Virus record (IMG/VR): IMGVR_UViG_3300037419_002082
Span: 1-64,000 of that record
Origin: a virus
Strand: one strand, 5' to 3'
DNA length: 64,000 nucleotides
Position numbers and translations under genes: made by a program. The notes under the pieces were generated by a model that was not told the origin of the DNA, ran no database searches, and saw nothing but the letters and a program-made list of their open reading frames with translations. Of this stretch, positions 50,152-59,079 are shown in pieces (position 1 is the first letter of the stretch; each line of letters opens with the position of its first letter).

Positions 50152-50501
50152 TGAAAAGATTGCATGATTTAGCAAAGCAATTAAAAGAAAATAATTTTGA
50201 AATGACAGAGGCAATGAAAGAACATTTTGAGGAATTTCTTTCAATTATTGCAGAGGGCAGCAGAGTTCTTCATCCTCGTTTTGGATTAGGGACTGTTAAA
50301 TCTGCTATGGGAAATTCCTGGGTTGAAGTAGATTTTGATAGGGACAATGAAAGCTATGAACGTAAGTTAAAAGATTATGAATTAAATAAAGTTACCTATC
50401 CAGGAAGATATTTTTCATATCCAAGTAGACATACAAGAGCAGTTCATATTGCTTCCTGTCATTCAATGCATATGATTATTAAAAAAGAAATGAACCGATA
50501 A
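50151..50501 (+). CDS. Hypothetical protein (Tudor-like 'G.RV.HPRFGLGTV' motif)
   Basis: AGGAGG RBS; motif resembles the UvrD/PcrA C-terminal domain. Confidence 0.55.
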   Translation: MKRLHDLAKQLKENNFEMTEAMKEHFEEFLSIIAEGSRVLHPRFGLGTVKSAMGNSWVEVDFDRDNESYERKLKDYELNKVTYPGRYFSYPSRHTRAVHIASCHSMHMIIKKEMNR

Positions 50502-50695
50502 AAATTATTGTGAAATCTCTCTTAATGGGAGATTTTTTTATTTTATAATAAGATAGAAATTGAAAATTTCAAAAGTTAAAAAAAGGGAGTGTATTTAATG
50601 AAATTAATTATCTTCCAATAGAAATATTAATTTTACTAGCATCTTAGAATTAACATAAGATAATGCTGGATAAAAAAAATATTGGAGGTAAAAAA

Positions 50696-51550
50696 ATGAA
50701 AAAATTATTATCATTACTTTTAGTATTAATGTTGGCTCTGCCATTTACTACACAAGCATCAGATTTGGGTTACATGAGACAAACGGCTTCAAACTATGAT
50801 TCTGTCACTTTTAAGGTAGACACATCAAAGTTAGGTGGAAATATTGGGTCTATAAAAATCTCTGTTAACGGAGTATTAAATCAAGATTTAACAAGTCCAG
50901 GAACAGATACATTCACAATAAGTGATTTATCACCTAGCACCACTTATACGGTGGATGTAGATATGACTAAAGCAGGCGGATATGGTACTCATGTATATGA
51001 TGAAGATACTTATACGACTGATGCTGTGTTGACAGAAACAAACGAAGCAACTGAGCCTACTTCACCTGCTCCACAAGAATTTGATTACACAACGGGTTCA
51101 CTATTAGGAGATAGCCCAAATAACCATACAGCAACGGCTGATGCAGATGGTTATAAGCGTACTTCGGGATGGGATTATGTAGGAGCATTTGATTGGAATA
51201 CTTCATTAGGAACAGGAAATCAGTTAACTCAAAGCGCACCGAAACTCAAGTATATTGAAAGTACAGGTGGCAGTTTCCGTATTGATGTAACAAATCATGC
51301 GTTCCATCACTTCCTATACTCATCTTCAACAGCGTCTATGTTAATTCAGCTTTATGAATATGACCCTACTGGTGGCGATGATTATGTTGGATATTGGAAA
51401 ATTCCGGCATCTTCTACAGTGACACATTTAGATATTAGTAACGCCGATGCTTATAAAGATGGTGTTAATGGTCGTGCTGAATTCTACATCAAAACTAGCA
51501 CAAACTACGCAACTACAATTACGCCATTAGTTTTCAATTTCTACGATTGA
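50696..51550 (+). CDS. Secreted protein with signal peptide and FN3-like domain
   Basis: MKKLLSLLLVLMLALPFTTQA signal peptide; 'ISDLSPSTTYTV' FN3 motif. Confidence 0.7.
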   Translation: MKKLLSLLLVLMLALPFTTQASDLGYMRQTASNYDSVTFKVDTSKLGGNIGSIKISVNGVLNQDLTSPGTDTFTISDLSPSTTYTVDVDMTKAGGYGTHVYDEDTYTTDAVLTETNEATEPTSPAPQEFDYTTGSLLGDSPNNHTATADADGYKRTSGWDYVGAFDWNTSLGTGNQLTQSAPKLKYIESTGGSFRIDVTNHAFHHFLYSSSTASMLIQLYEYDPTGGDDYVGYWKIPASSTVTHLDISNADAYKDGVNGRAEFYIKTSTNYATTITPLVFNFYD

Positions 51551-51646
51551 TTTGAAAGCTTAATAATATATTATGTGAAACCATCTCTTATAGAGGTGGT
51601 TTTTTCTTTTATAATGAAATCATATTAAATAGAAAGAAGTGATTAT

Positions 51647-51796
51647 ATGGAAATTAAAATATCTAAAGATGAAGTATTTAATGCAATAAAAGAAGATTTA
51701 AAAAAAAGAGGTTTAAATTTTGATAGTGCTATTATTTCCATGAATAACTTAGGTGGAGCTAATATTATTTTAATTAAAGATGGGAGAAAAATATAA
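51647..51796 (+). CDS. Small hypothetical protein (49 aa)
   Basis: Stop overlaps the glycosyltransferase start (TAATG). Confidence 0.5.
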   Translation: MEIKISKDEVFNAIKEDLKKRGLNFDSAIISMNNLGGANIILIKDGRKI

Positions 51797-52974
51797 TGGC
51801 AAACATCCTTTATTACCCACAAATGAGTATGTATGACAAACAAACTAAAGAATTACTCCCAGCTGCAGACGGTAATATTAACATGATGCGTAATACTATA
51901 TTGGAATGGAAAAAATATCGTCCTGATGATGTATTTTATATTTTATTACCATCTGAATTAAACTTCAGTGATAAACTAGCAAAGATTTTACCACCAGGAA
52001 CTAATAATGCTGCTCCATTATTTTATGATTCTTATGTAGTATCTGCTAGAATTAATCGCTTTAACTTTCCAATGAATGAAATTTCTTCTATATTAAAGAA
52101 TATCAAAATTGATTTACTTATCAATGATGTCATTGAGTTAACTGGTAATTTTAAACAAATGTTTAGAATTGAATTTAATGACTCACCAAAGATTATTTCT
52201 AATATTCGCCATATAGATGATGTACTAAATACTTCATATATGTTTAGAGTATTAGATGGTATTATTCAATCTGATTTAGTAACAATACTTTCAAGTACAA
52301 TGCATAGTAAATTAGAATTACAACTTAGAGAAATGATTGGTGCTTGTAAGAATATTTTGGATAAGGTAAAAGTATTTGAGCCATCTATTTCTGAAGCAGA
52401 ATTATTCAAATATTCAATGAACGCTAAACAAAAAGATTTAAATAAAGTAATTATTACTTTCCCAGGCAGATTATCTATTGGAGAAGAAAGAAGAACTAAC
52501 TGGGATAAATTTACAAGCGCTATTTGGAAATTAAGGCAGAAAAGACAAGATTTTGAAGTTTATTTTACTGACCCAAATAATGCTTTAGATATTGGTACAG
52601 AAGTATCTCAGTGGACTAAAACTATTCCAAAAGATAGAAATACTTTTTTAAATCTCCTTAATAAAACAGATATTATTGTTTCATTAATGGATATTGAAGG
52701 TTTTGGTGGTATTAGTATTCGTGAAGGATTATTAATGGATTGTATGCCTATTATTCCTATGGCTCATGAATATAAGAAGATGGCACCAGAACATTATTTA
52801 GGATATATATATGATGCAGAAGTAAATCAATTAGTAGATGCTTTAGAGTGGGCAATATATAAAGTAAAAAATAGAGAAAAACCTTATGATTATAGAGCTT
52901 ATGGCAAGCAATTTACTGTTGAAGAGCAGTTTAAAAAGTTACTACCTAAAGTGGAGGAAGTTTTAAATGGCTGA
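51796..52974 (+). CDS. GT-B fold glycosyltransferase (candidate DNA heptosyltransferase)
   Basis: 'ITFPGRL' and 'DIIVS..DIEGFGGISIREG...C.PIIP' (GT4-like E..E motif). Confidence 0.75.
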   Translation: MANILYYPQMSMYDKQTKELLPAADGNINMMRNTILEWKKYRPDDVFYILLPSELNFSDKLAKILPPGTNNAAPLFYDSYVVSARINRFNFPMNEISSILKNIKIDLLINDVIELTGNFKQMFRIEFNDSPKIISNIRHIDDVLNTSYMFRVLDGIIQSDLVTILSSTMHSKLELQLREMIGACKNILDKVKVFEPSISEAELFKYSMNAKQKDLNKVIITFPGRLSIGEERRTNWDKFTSAIWKLRQKRQDFEVYFTDPNNALDIGTEVSQWTKTIPKDRNTFLNLLNKTDIIVSLMDIEGFGGISIREGLLMDCMPIIPMAHEYKKMAPEHYLGYIYDAEVNQLVDALEWAIYKVKNREKPYDYRAYGKQFTVEEQFKKLLPKVEEVLNG

Positions 52975-53554
52975 TTTTACTATGAATCTATTCCAATTAC
53001 ATGATTTAATAGGAAAGGTTGCTGGTTTAAAAGATGAAATTGAAAAAGCTGCTGAAGTCCTTGCCGAATGTGTTGCATATGGTGGTACTATCTACGTTAT
53101 GGGTAATGGTGGTTCTGCCGCTGACGCTAATCATTTCTCTGGTGAAATTTTGGGGAGATTTAAGCGAGAGCGTAAAGGTCTCGGCTGCGTTTCTCTTTCT
53201 GCTGATAATGCTACTATTACTGCTATTGCTAATGATTATGGGTTCGAGTATATTTTTGTTCGTCAGCTAGAAGGATTATTTGACCCATTAAAAGATGTAG
53301 TGTTTTCTATGACTACATCAGGAAATTCTCTCAATATTATTAAAGCATTAGATTATGTAGCAAAAGTTAGCGGTAAATCAGTAAATCTTCTTGGAAGAGA
53401 TGGCGGAAAGATAGCAGGGCAACCACAAGAAAATGAAATAAACATTATTATCCCAGCTCAAGATTCTGACCGCATCCAAGAGATGCATAAATTTATTCTT
53501 CATTATTTTGCTGAAGTTATTGAGGAGAGGTATTGCGAATTAAAATTAAATTAA
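52967..53554 (+). CDS. gmhA: Phosphoheptose (sedoheptulose-7-P) isomerase
   Basis: 'GNGGSAADA.HF.GE', 'TAIANDYG', 'TSGNS', 'RIQEMH'. Confidence 0.92.
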   Translation: MADFTMNLFQLHDLIGKVAGLKDEIEKAAEVLAECVAYGGTIYVMGNGGSAADANHFSGEILGRFKRERKGLGCVSLSADNATITAIANDYGFEYIFVRQLEGLFDPLKDVVFSMTTSGNSLNIIKALDYVAKVSGKSVNLLGRDGGKIAGQPQENEINIIIPAQDSDRIQEMHKFILHYFAEVIEERYCELKLN

Positions 53555-53569
53555 GAATGGAGTGTTAGT

Positions 53570-53749
53570 ATGCTAGGAGTAATTAAACAAGCAACAGAAA
53601 GTTCTGAAATGTGGCAATGGGCTTTCGCGCATCCTTATCTTTATACTTTAATTAAAATTGGTACACCTTCTTTTTATGCTATAGTCTTATATTTAGGCTT
53701 TAGAATAATTTCTACAGTAATGGGAGGAAATAAACGTAGATGGAATTAA
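53570..53749 (+). CDS. Small membrane protein (59 aa)
   Basis: GGAGTG RBS; one hydrophobic segment. Confidence 0.5.
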   Translation: MLGVIKQATESSEMWQWAFAHPYLYTLIKIGTPSFYAIVLYLGFRIISTVMGGNKRRWN

Positions 53750-53919
53750 GAGACGGCGATATTTATGAACAGATTAATAGTAAATTAAAATTTACTTTAA
53801 AACAAGAGACTCCAGTTACTTGGAGTCTTAGTCTTGACAACCCTAGTAAAATCATTTACCCTGAAGTGTATATGATTAGTTTATTGGAGAAGAACTTTAG
53901 GAAGGTGGAAAATGAATAA
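53740..53919 (+). CDS. Small hypothetical protein (59 aa)
   Basis: GGAGG RBS; overlaps both neighbours. Confidence 0.5.
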   Translation: MELRDGDIYEQINSKLKFTLKQETPVTWSLSLDNPSKIIYPEVYMISLLEKNFRKVENE

Positions 53920-54430
53920 AGCTATTTTCTTAGATAGAGACGGAGTCATTAATAAAAACACAGACTATGTAAATTGTATAGAAGATTTTCATATACTACC
54001 AAAAGTTAGAGATGCTTTAATGTTATTTAAACAAGCAGGATATAGAATCTTTGTTGTTACTAATCAAGGTGGCATTGAAAAAGGATTTTTAACAGAAGAA
54101 GATTTATATGAAATGCATGATTATATGATGAAAGAATTACCGGAAATAGAGGATTATAGATTTTGTCCTAGCTATGAATCATTTGGCAGAAAGCCTAATC
54201 CAGGTATGATTTATGATTTAGCATCAGCACATGAAATTCATACTGGGAAATCCTGGATGATTGGTGATATGTTTTCAGATATTGAAGCAGGAATAAATGC
54301 TGGTTGTAAAACTGCTTTAGTAATAAATAGAATCCAAGAATCAGTTAAAGCATCAGGTAAAGCTAATGTTATGGGTGATAGTTTATATCAAGTTGCAATT
54401 ATGATATTAGAATTGGAGGGTTATTTATGA
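53912..54430 (+). CDS. gmhB: D,D-heptose 1,7-bisphosphate phosphatase (HAD IIIA)
   Basis: 'FLDRDGVIN', 'VTNQGGI', 'RKPNPGM', 'MIGD..SDI.AG'. Confidence 0.88.
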   Translation: MNKAIFLDRDGVINKNTDYVNCIEDFHILPKVRDALMLFKQAGYRIFVVTNQGGIEKGFLTEEDLYEMHDYMMKELPEIEDYRFCPSYESFGRKPNPGMIYDLASAHEIHTGKSWMIGDMFSDIEAGINAGCKTALVINRIQESVKASGKANVMGDSLYQVAIMILELEGYL

Positions 54431-54597
54431 GATACGAAAATATTCTTTATAATGAAGTAATTTATCATTTAGAAGAAAAGTGGGGTAGAAAATTAAATGA
54501 CCACGAAAAACATGTTCTAATTGAAGGCTATCAGTTTGGCAGAAAAGTAGAAGCAGAAAACGAAATTAAAATGTTTTATGATACTAGAAGGGATTAA
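54427..54597 (+). CDS. Small hypothetical protein (56 aa)
   Basis: GGAGG RBS; ATGA overlap with gmhB. Confidence 0.55.
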   Translation: MRYENILYNEVIYHLEEKWGRKLNDHEKHVLIEGYQFGRKVEAENEIKMFYDTRRD

Positions 54598-54611
54598 CCC
54601 TTCTTTTTTTT
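54587..54611 (+). terminator. Intrinsic terminator
   Basis: AGAAGGG-ATTAA-CCCTTCT followed by a T-run. Confidence 0.7.
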
Positions 54612-54695
54612 CTGTGTGAAACCTTTCATTTTAGTGTTATTTAAAAATATATAATTAGAATATGAAAAGATTAAAAGATGAATGGAGAGATGTTA

Positions 54696-55640
54696 ATGTT
54701 AGATTTTTCAGATTTAAAAGTTCTTGTTCTAGGTGATGTAGCACTTGATATAGTAACAGAAGGGCCAAGCTATAGACAATCACCAGAGGCACCAGTTCCT
54801 GTTATATCTAATCCAACCACTACTTATTCTTTAGGAATGGCAGCTAATGTGGCATTAAATCTTCATAGACTTGGTGCCAATTTAGCTTTCTCATTTAATA
54901 TTGGAGAAGACGAAAAAGGAGAATTATTTGGAAAATTATTAGATTCCAATTTTTCTGGAGTTCATCATACTAGAACTGGTAAAAAAGATTATTTTACAAC
55001 TGTAAAGCAAAGAATAGTTGCTAATAATCAACAAGTTGCACGAATTGATTTTGAAGATAGCTTAACTGTTGATAAATTAGATGGATTTATTAAATCTATT
55101 GAAAGAAGAGTAAATAGAGGCGCTTATTATGATTTAATTATCATTTCAGATTATAATAAGGGAATTATTACTAAGGAATCTTGGGAGATTCTAGAACCTC
55201 TATTATGGCAATTATCTAAAAGATTCTTCGTTGATACTAAAAAGAAAGACGTTCTTAATTATTATGAAGGAATGTATATATTCCCTAATAAAAAAGAGAT
55301 GCAAGAAATCATGGATTATAATAATTGTAATACTCGTAATGAATTACGTAAAGAAATGGATTTAGATTTCCTTGTAGAAACTGCAAGCGAAGAGGGGGCT
55401 TACCTTTATAAAGATGATGGCAAGATTTATCATTGTGAGCCATTTAAAGCTAATGTAGTAGATGTTACTGGCTGTGGAGATACTTTTGTAGCAGCATTTG
55501 CTTTATACTATACAAAGTATATGGATAAGAAAGCTGCATTAGGATTTGCTAATTATTGTTGTTCTAAGGTAATTGAAAGAAAAGGTACTACTCCAGTATT
55601 ATTAAGTGAGGTGCTTGATTTTGAAGCTCAAAGCATTTAG
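54696..55640 (+). CDS. hldA: D-glycero-beta-D-manno-heptose-7-phosphate kinase (HldE/RfaE domain I, PfkB fold)
   Basis: 'VLGD..LD', 'SPEAPVPV', 'G.AANVA.N', 'SDYNKG', 'DVTG.GDT'. Confidence 0.88.
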   Translation: MLDFSDLKVLVLGDVALDIVTEGPSYRQSPEAPVPVISNPTTTYSLGMAANVALNLHRLGANLAFSFNIGEDEKGELFGKLLDSNFSGVHHTRTGKKDYFTTVKQRIVANNQQVARIDFEDSLTVDKLDGFIKSIERRVNRGAYYDLIIISDYNKGIITKESWEILEPLLWQLSKRFFVDTKKKDVLNYYEGMYIFPNKKEMQEIMDYNNCNTRNELRKEMDLDFLVETASEEGAYLYKDDGKIYHCEPFKANVVDVTGCGDTFVAAFALYYTKYMDKKAALGFANYCCSKVIERKGTTPVLLSEVLDFEAQSI

Positions 55641-56133
55641 TCATGAATATTTTAAAGCATTAAAGGAAATTAGAAAAAAACGTATTATTTTTTTTAATGG
55701 CTGCTTTGATATTATTCACCCAGGTCATTTGGCATTAATTAATAAAGCATTATCAAATAAAAACTTAACTAATAATGCTGTAGTTATTTGTGGTATTAAT
55801 TCTGATGAATCTGCAAAGTCACAAAAGAAAAGTCATCCATTAGTAAATAATGAAACTAGTAGGGCAGAAATGCTATTAGCTCTTGGTGTAGACCATGTAA
55901 TTATATTTGACGATGCTACTCCAAAGAATGTTATTATGAGTTTAATGCCAGACTTAGTAATAACAACTTCGGAATACTCAAGCAGATTTGGCAACTGTGA
56001 AGATTTAGATTTCTGTAGGGGACATGATATAGATGTTATTTCTATTGCAACTATTGCAGGTTATTCTACATCTAGTATTTACAGAAAAATCGAAGAACAA
56101 GTCAAAGCTAAAGTAAGGGAGAGCTTACAATGA
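55606..56133 (+). CDS. hldC: Heptose-1-phosphate nucleotidyltransferase (HldE/RfaE domain II)
   Basis: 'NGCFDIIHPGH', 'GINSDES', 'VDHV.IF...TP', 'GYSTS.I'. Confidence 0.85.
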   Translation: MRCLILKLKAFSHEYFKALKEIRKKRIIFFNGCFDIIHPGHLALINKALSNKNLTNNAVVICGINSDESAKSQKKSHPLVNNETSRAEMLLALGVDHVIIFDDATPKNVIMSLMPDLVITTSEYSSRFGNCEDLDFCRGHDIDVISIATIAGYSTSSIYRKIEEQVKAKVRESLQ

Positions 56134-56672
56134 TATTAAAGCACAAGCTATTTGCCATTGACTTTGATGGAACAATTGCTTATGATGCATATCCAGGAGT
56201 GGGAGAACTCATTCCTGGAGCAAAGGAAACAATGATTAAAATCAAAGAACTTGGTGGTAAGATAGCAATTTGGACTTGCAGAACAGACCAATGGGCTCAG
56301 GATGCTAAAGATTTCTTGGATAAGAATGGCATTCCATATGATAAATTTAATAAGCCTTTTGATGAACATGTAAATCTTTATGGAGGAGACAATTCTCGTA
56401 AAGTATTTGCTGATGTATACATTGATGATAGAAGTATTCATTTTGGCGGCAAAACTGTAGACTGGTATTTACTACAGGATATGATTTTTGGTTATGATAA
56501 ATGGAAAGTTGGAGATACAATAGAGTGCTTAGAAGATTGTTGGGGAAATTTTAAAAAAGGCGAAAGGTTTGAAATAACTGCATTAAAAGAAGATGCAGAT
56601 TTTATTTCTTTTGGACCTATAGGTGGAGCAGGTTATTGGGATACTCAAGAATATTTTAAGAAGGTGAATTAA
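56130..56672 (+). CDS. HAD-superfamily phosphatase
   Basis: 'IDFDGTI', 'WTCR', 'RK..ADVYIDDR'. Confidence 0.8.
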   Translation: MILKHKLFAIDFDGTIAYDAYPGVGELIPGAKETMIKIKELGGKIAIWTCRTDQWAQDAKDFLDKNGIPYDKFNKPFDEHVNLYGGDNSRKVFADVYIDDRSIHFGGKTVDWYLLQDMIFGYDKWKVGDTIECLEDCWGNFKKGERFEITALKEDADFISFGPIGGAGYWDTQEYFKKVN

Positions 56673-56903
56673 ATGAGTAGTAGTTCTGGAGTAAATAGGA
56701 ATGAAATTAATTACAATGAAAAAACAAAATATGTTTTAACAAAAGAGGAAGAAGGCTTTGTTTATAGTCAAATTAGTTATAGAAAAATCTTTTTTGAACA
56801 AGAAATTCAAAAGGCAGCAGGGATTTCAGACATTAAAAGAATAAAAGAATGTGTTAGAGCATTAGATATGATTGAAACTATTCAAAAAAAATTGTTAGGG
56901 TGA
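56673..56903 (+). CDS. Hypothetical protein
   Basis: ORF in operon with AGGTG RBS. Confidence 0.55.
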   Translation: MSSSSGVNRNEINYNEKTKYVLTKEEEGFVYSQISYRKIFFEQEIQKAAGISDIKRIKECVRALDMIETIQKKLLG

Positions 56904-56907
56904 TAAT

Positions 56908-57897
56908 ATGTTCTTAATATTTGAATCGCCAAATAAATCTGGAAAAACAACTTTGGCAAGAATGATTGCAGATTATTTGAATATTCAATATGTAAAATTA
57001 AACAATATTAATGTAGTAGAAGATACAGCAATTAAAGATGGTATATCTATTTCTACACATTCGCAATTAGAAACTATTACTCAGCTACATGAGAAAGGGG
57101 TGATGAAAGATGTTGTCTTGGATAGATTCCACGTTTCGGAATTTGTGTATAAAAATCTACTTGGAAGAACCTATGATATTTCATACATTGATGATATTGA
57201 GAAACGATTGTCAAAATACAATGATATTCTTTTGGTACGTTGTAGAACATCTCTTCCAGTATTAAAAGATAGATGGTATGATGAAAAACTTATTCCAACT
57301 CAAAAAGTAACGGAAGAATCTAGATTATATAATTACTTCTATACAAAGACAAAACTACCAGTAATTGAAATAGATACAGATGGTTCTGTAGAAAAAGCAT
57401 TTGCAGAATTAGTATCTAAATTAGAGTTACATGGAGTATCTCAAAAGTATTTCAGACAAAGAAGAATTACACATGACCAAGCTATGATGAATGTTGCTAA
57501 AATTATGGCAAAGAGAAGTCCATGCTTAACTAGACAAGTTGGTTGTGTAATGACAGAAGATGGCTTTGTAGTTGGAGTAGGATATAATGGTCCACCATCA
57601 GGATTAAAGCATGACCAAGTAGATATTAGAAAAGCAAAAGGATTTAAATCTGGAGAAGGATTAGATTTTAGTAGAGATGTTCATGCAGAACAAAATGCTA
57701 TGCAGCAGTCCGGTGTTAGAAGTAAAAGAGCAGGTAAATTGGAACTATTCACGACAGCATCACCTTGTATACATTGCATGAGGCAATGTATTCAAATTGG
57801 TATTGAGAGAATAGTTTATATTGAAAAATATAATCAACCTCTTGCTTGGGAAATGGCAGAAGAAGCAGGTATAGAAATGATTCAATATGAAGAATAG
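56908..57897 (+). CDS. Fusion of dNMP (thymidylate-kinase-like) kinase and dCMP deaminase
   Basis: P-loop 'ESPNKSGKTT' and 'LDR'; then 'RS.C..RQVG', 'GYNG.P', 'HAEQNA', 'PC..C'. Confidence 0.85.
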   Translation: MFLIFESPNKSGKTTLARMIADYLNIQYVKLNNINVVEDTAIKDGISISTHSQLETITQLHEKGVMKDVVLDRFHVSEFVYKNLLGRTYDISYIDDIEKRLSKYNDILLVRCRTSLPVLKDRWYDEKLIPTQKVTEESRLYNYFYTKTKLPVIEIDTDGSVEKAFAELVSKLELHGVSQKYFRQRRITHDQAMMNVAKIMAKRSPCLTRQVGCVMTEDGFVVGVGYNGPPSGLKHDQVDIRKAKGFKSGEGLDFSRDVHAEQNAMQQSGVRSKRAGKLELFTTASPCIHCMRQCIQIGIERIVYIEKYNQPLAWEMAEEAGIEMIQYEE

Positions 57898-57998
57898 AAA
57901 CTCTCTATTCTTCTTTTTTTTGTGAAACTGATAAAAAAATGGGTATAAAAAATGATATTCTATAATAGAAGAAAATAATTAAAAAAGAGGGTATAAAT

Positions 57999-58985
57999 AT
58001 GGATGCTTATATTTCATTAGAAAAAGCTTTACAAGGTACACTAGTTGATGTATGTGAAAAAGGAATTGTTACTTCTCCTAGAGGAAGGCAATCCAAAGAA
58101 TTAATTGGTCATGGTTATGTTTTAACTAATCCAAGAGCTAGAATTATCGGATTAGCAGCAAGAAATTTAAATCCATTTTATTTGGTAGGAAATCTATTAT
58201 GGGTTTTACGTCAATCAAATAAATTGGAAGTTATTAATTATTATAACCCACGAGGCTCAATGTTCAGTGATGATGGTGAAATTCTTCGTGGCGCTTATGG
58301 TAAACGTATTTTTGATTTTGATGGTATTAATCAATGGAAACAATGTTATAATGAATTAAAAGTAGACCCTGATTCACGTAGAGCTATTGTTTCTATTCAT
58401 TTACCACAGCATGATTGGACAGGTTCATTAGATACACCATGTACAGCGGATTTTCAATTCTTATTAAGAGATAATAAACTTCACATGGTAAATCATATGA
58501 GAAGTCAATCTGCTGCATTTGTTCAGCCATATGATGTATTCTTAATGACTATGATTCAAGAATTAATGGCTAATGAATTAGGAGTAGAATTAGGAATTTA
58601 CAAACATATTTGTAACTCATATCATTATTTTACTAATGAACAAGATATGGTAGATGCAATTATTGAAAGTGAAGATTATACACCATCTATGCAGCATATG
58701 GTTGGAGGAATGGCAGAAGTAAAACTTCTTTTAACTTTTGAAGCTTTAGCAAGAAAAGTAACAATTGAATTGGCACAACAAGGTTTACTAACAGATATTA
58801 AATATCTAGAAAGAGAATTGGATAAATTAGGTTTACCAACTTTCTGGAATAATATTGGAGAAGTACTAATTGCTAAAGCTATTAATCTGCTAGATGGTAA
58901 TAATGGTGCTACTTATTTAGATTATGTGCGAAATAGCATAAATAACGGTAATCCATTTAAAAAATTATTGCTTCAATTACATTAA
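57999..58985 (+). CDS. Divergent thymidylate-synthase-superfamily enzyme (cytosine-type; candidate dCMP-modifying enzyme)
   Basis: 'YG.R', 'SRR', catalytic 'PC', 'MRS', 'PYD' (Asp at the Asn177-equivalent position). Confidence 0.8.
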   Translation: MDAYISLEKALQGTLVDVCEKGIVTSPRGRQSKELIGHGYVLTNPRARIIGLAARNLNPFYLVGNLLWVLRQSNKLEVINYYNPRGSMFSDDGEILRGAYGKRIFDFDGINQWKQCYNELKVDPDSRRAIVSIHLPQHDWTGSLDTPCTADFQFLLRDNKLHMVNHMRSQSAAFVQPYDVFLMTMIQELMANELGVELGIYKHICNSYHYFTNEQDMVDAIIESEDYTPSMQHMVGGMAEVKLLLTFEALARKVTIELAQQGLLTDIKYLERELDKLGLPTFWNNIGEVLIAKAINLLDGNNGATYLDYVRNSINNGNPFKKLLLQLH

Positions 58986-58986
58986 T

Positions 58987-59011
58987 AAAAGAGGGAGTTT
59001 CGACTCCCTTT
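58987..59011 (+). terminator. Intrinsic terminator
   Basis: AGGGAGT-TTCG-ACTCCCT TTT (UUCG loop). Confidence 0.8.
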
Positions 59012-59079
59012 TAATTTAAACTATATTGAGAATGATTCTCATTTATATACTAATAACATTTAACCAGGAGGGAGTTGAT

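Noticed and set aside
52967-56133. Heptose genes as host LPS locus or contamination
   Set aside because: They share the phage's composition, GATC avoidance and GAAAC promoters, are interleaved with small phage ORFs, and no waa, export or S-layer glycan genes accompany them.
1507-56441. Numerous short antisense or alternate-frame ORFs nested in long genes (e.g. 1507-1734, 16420-16899, 27205-27588, 56148-56441)
   Set aside because: Shadow ORFs without RBS or motifs, overlapping well-supported genes.
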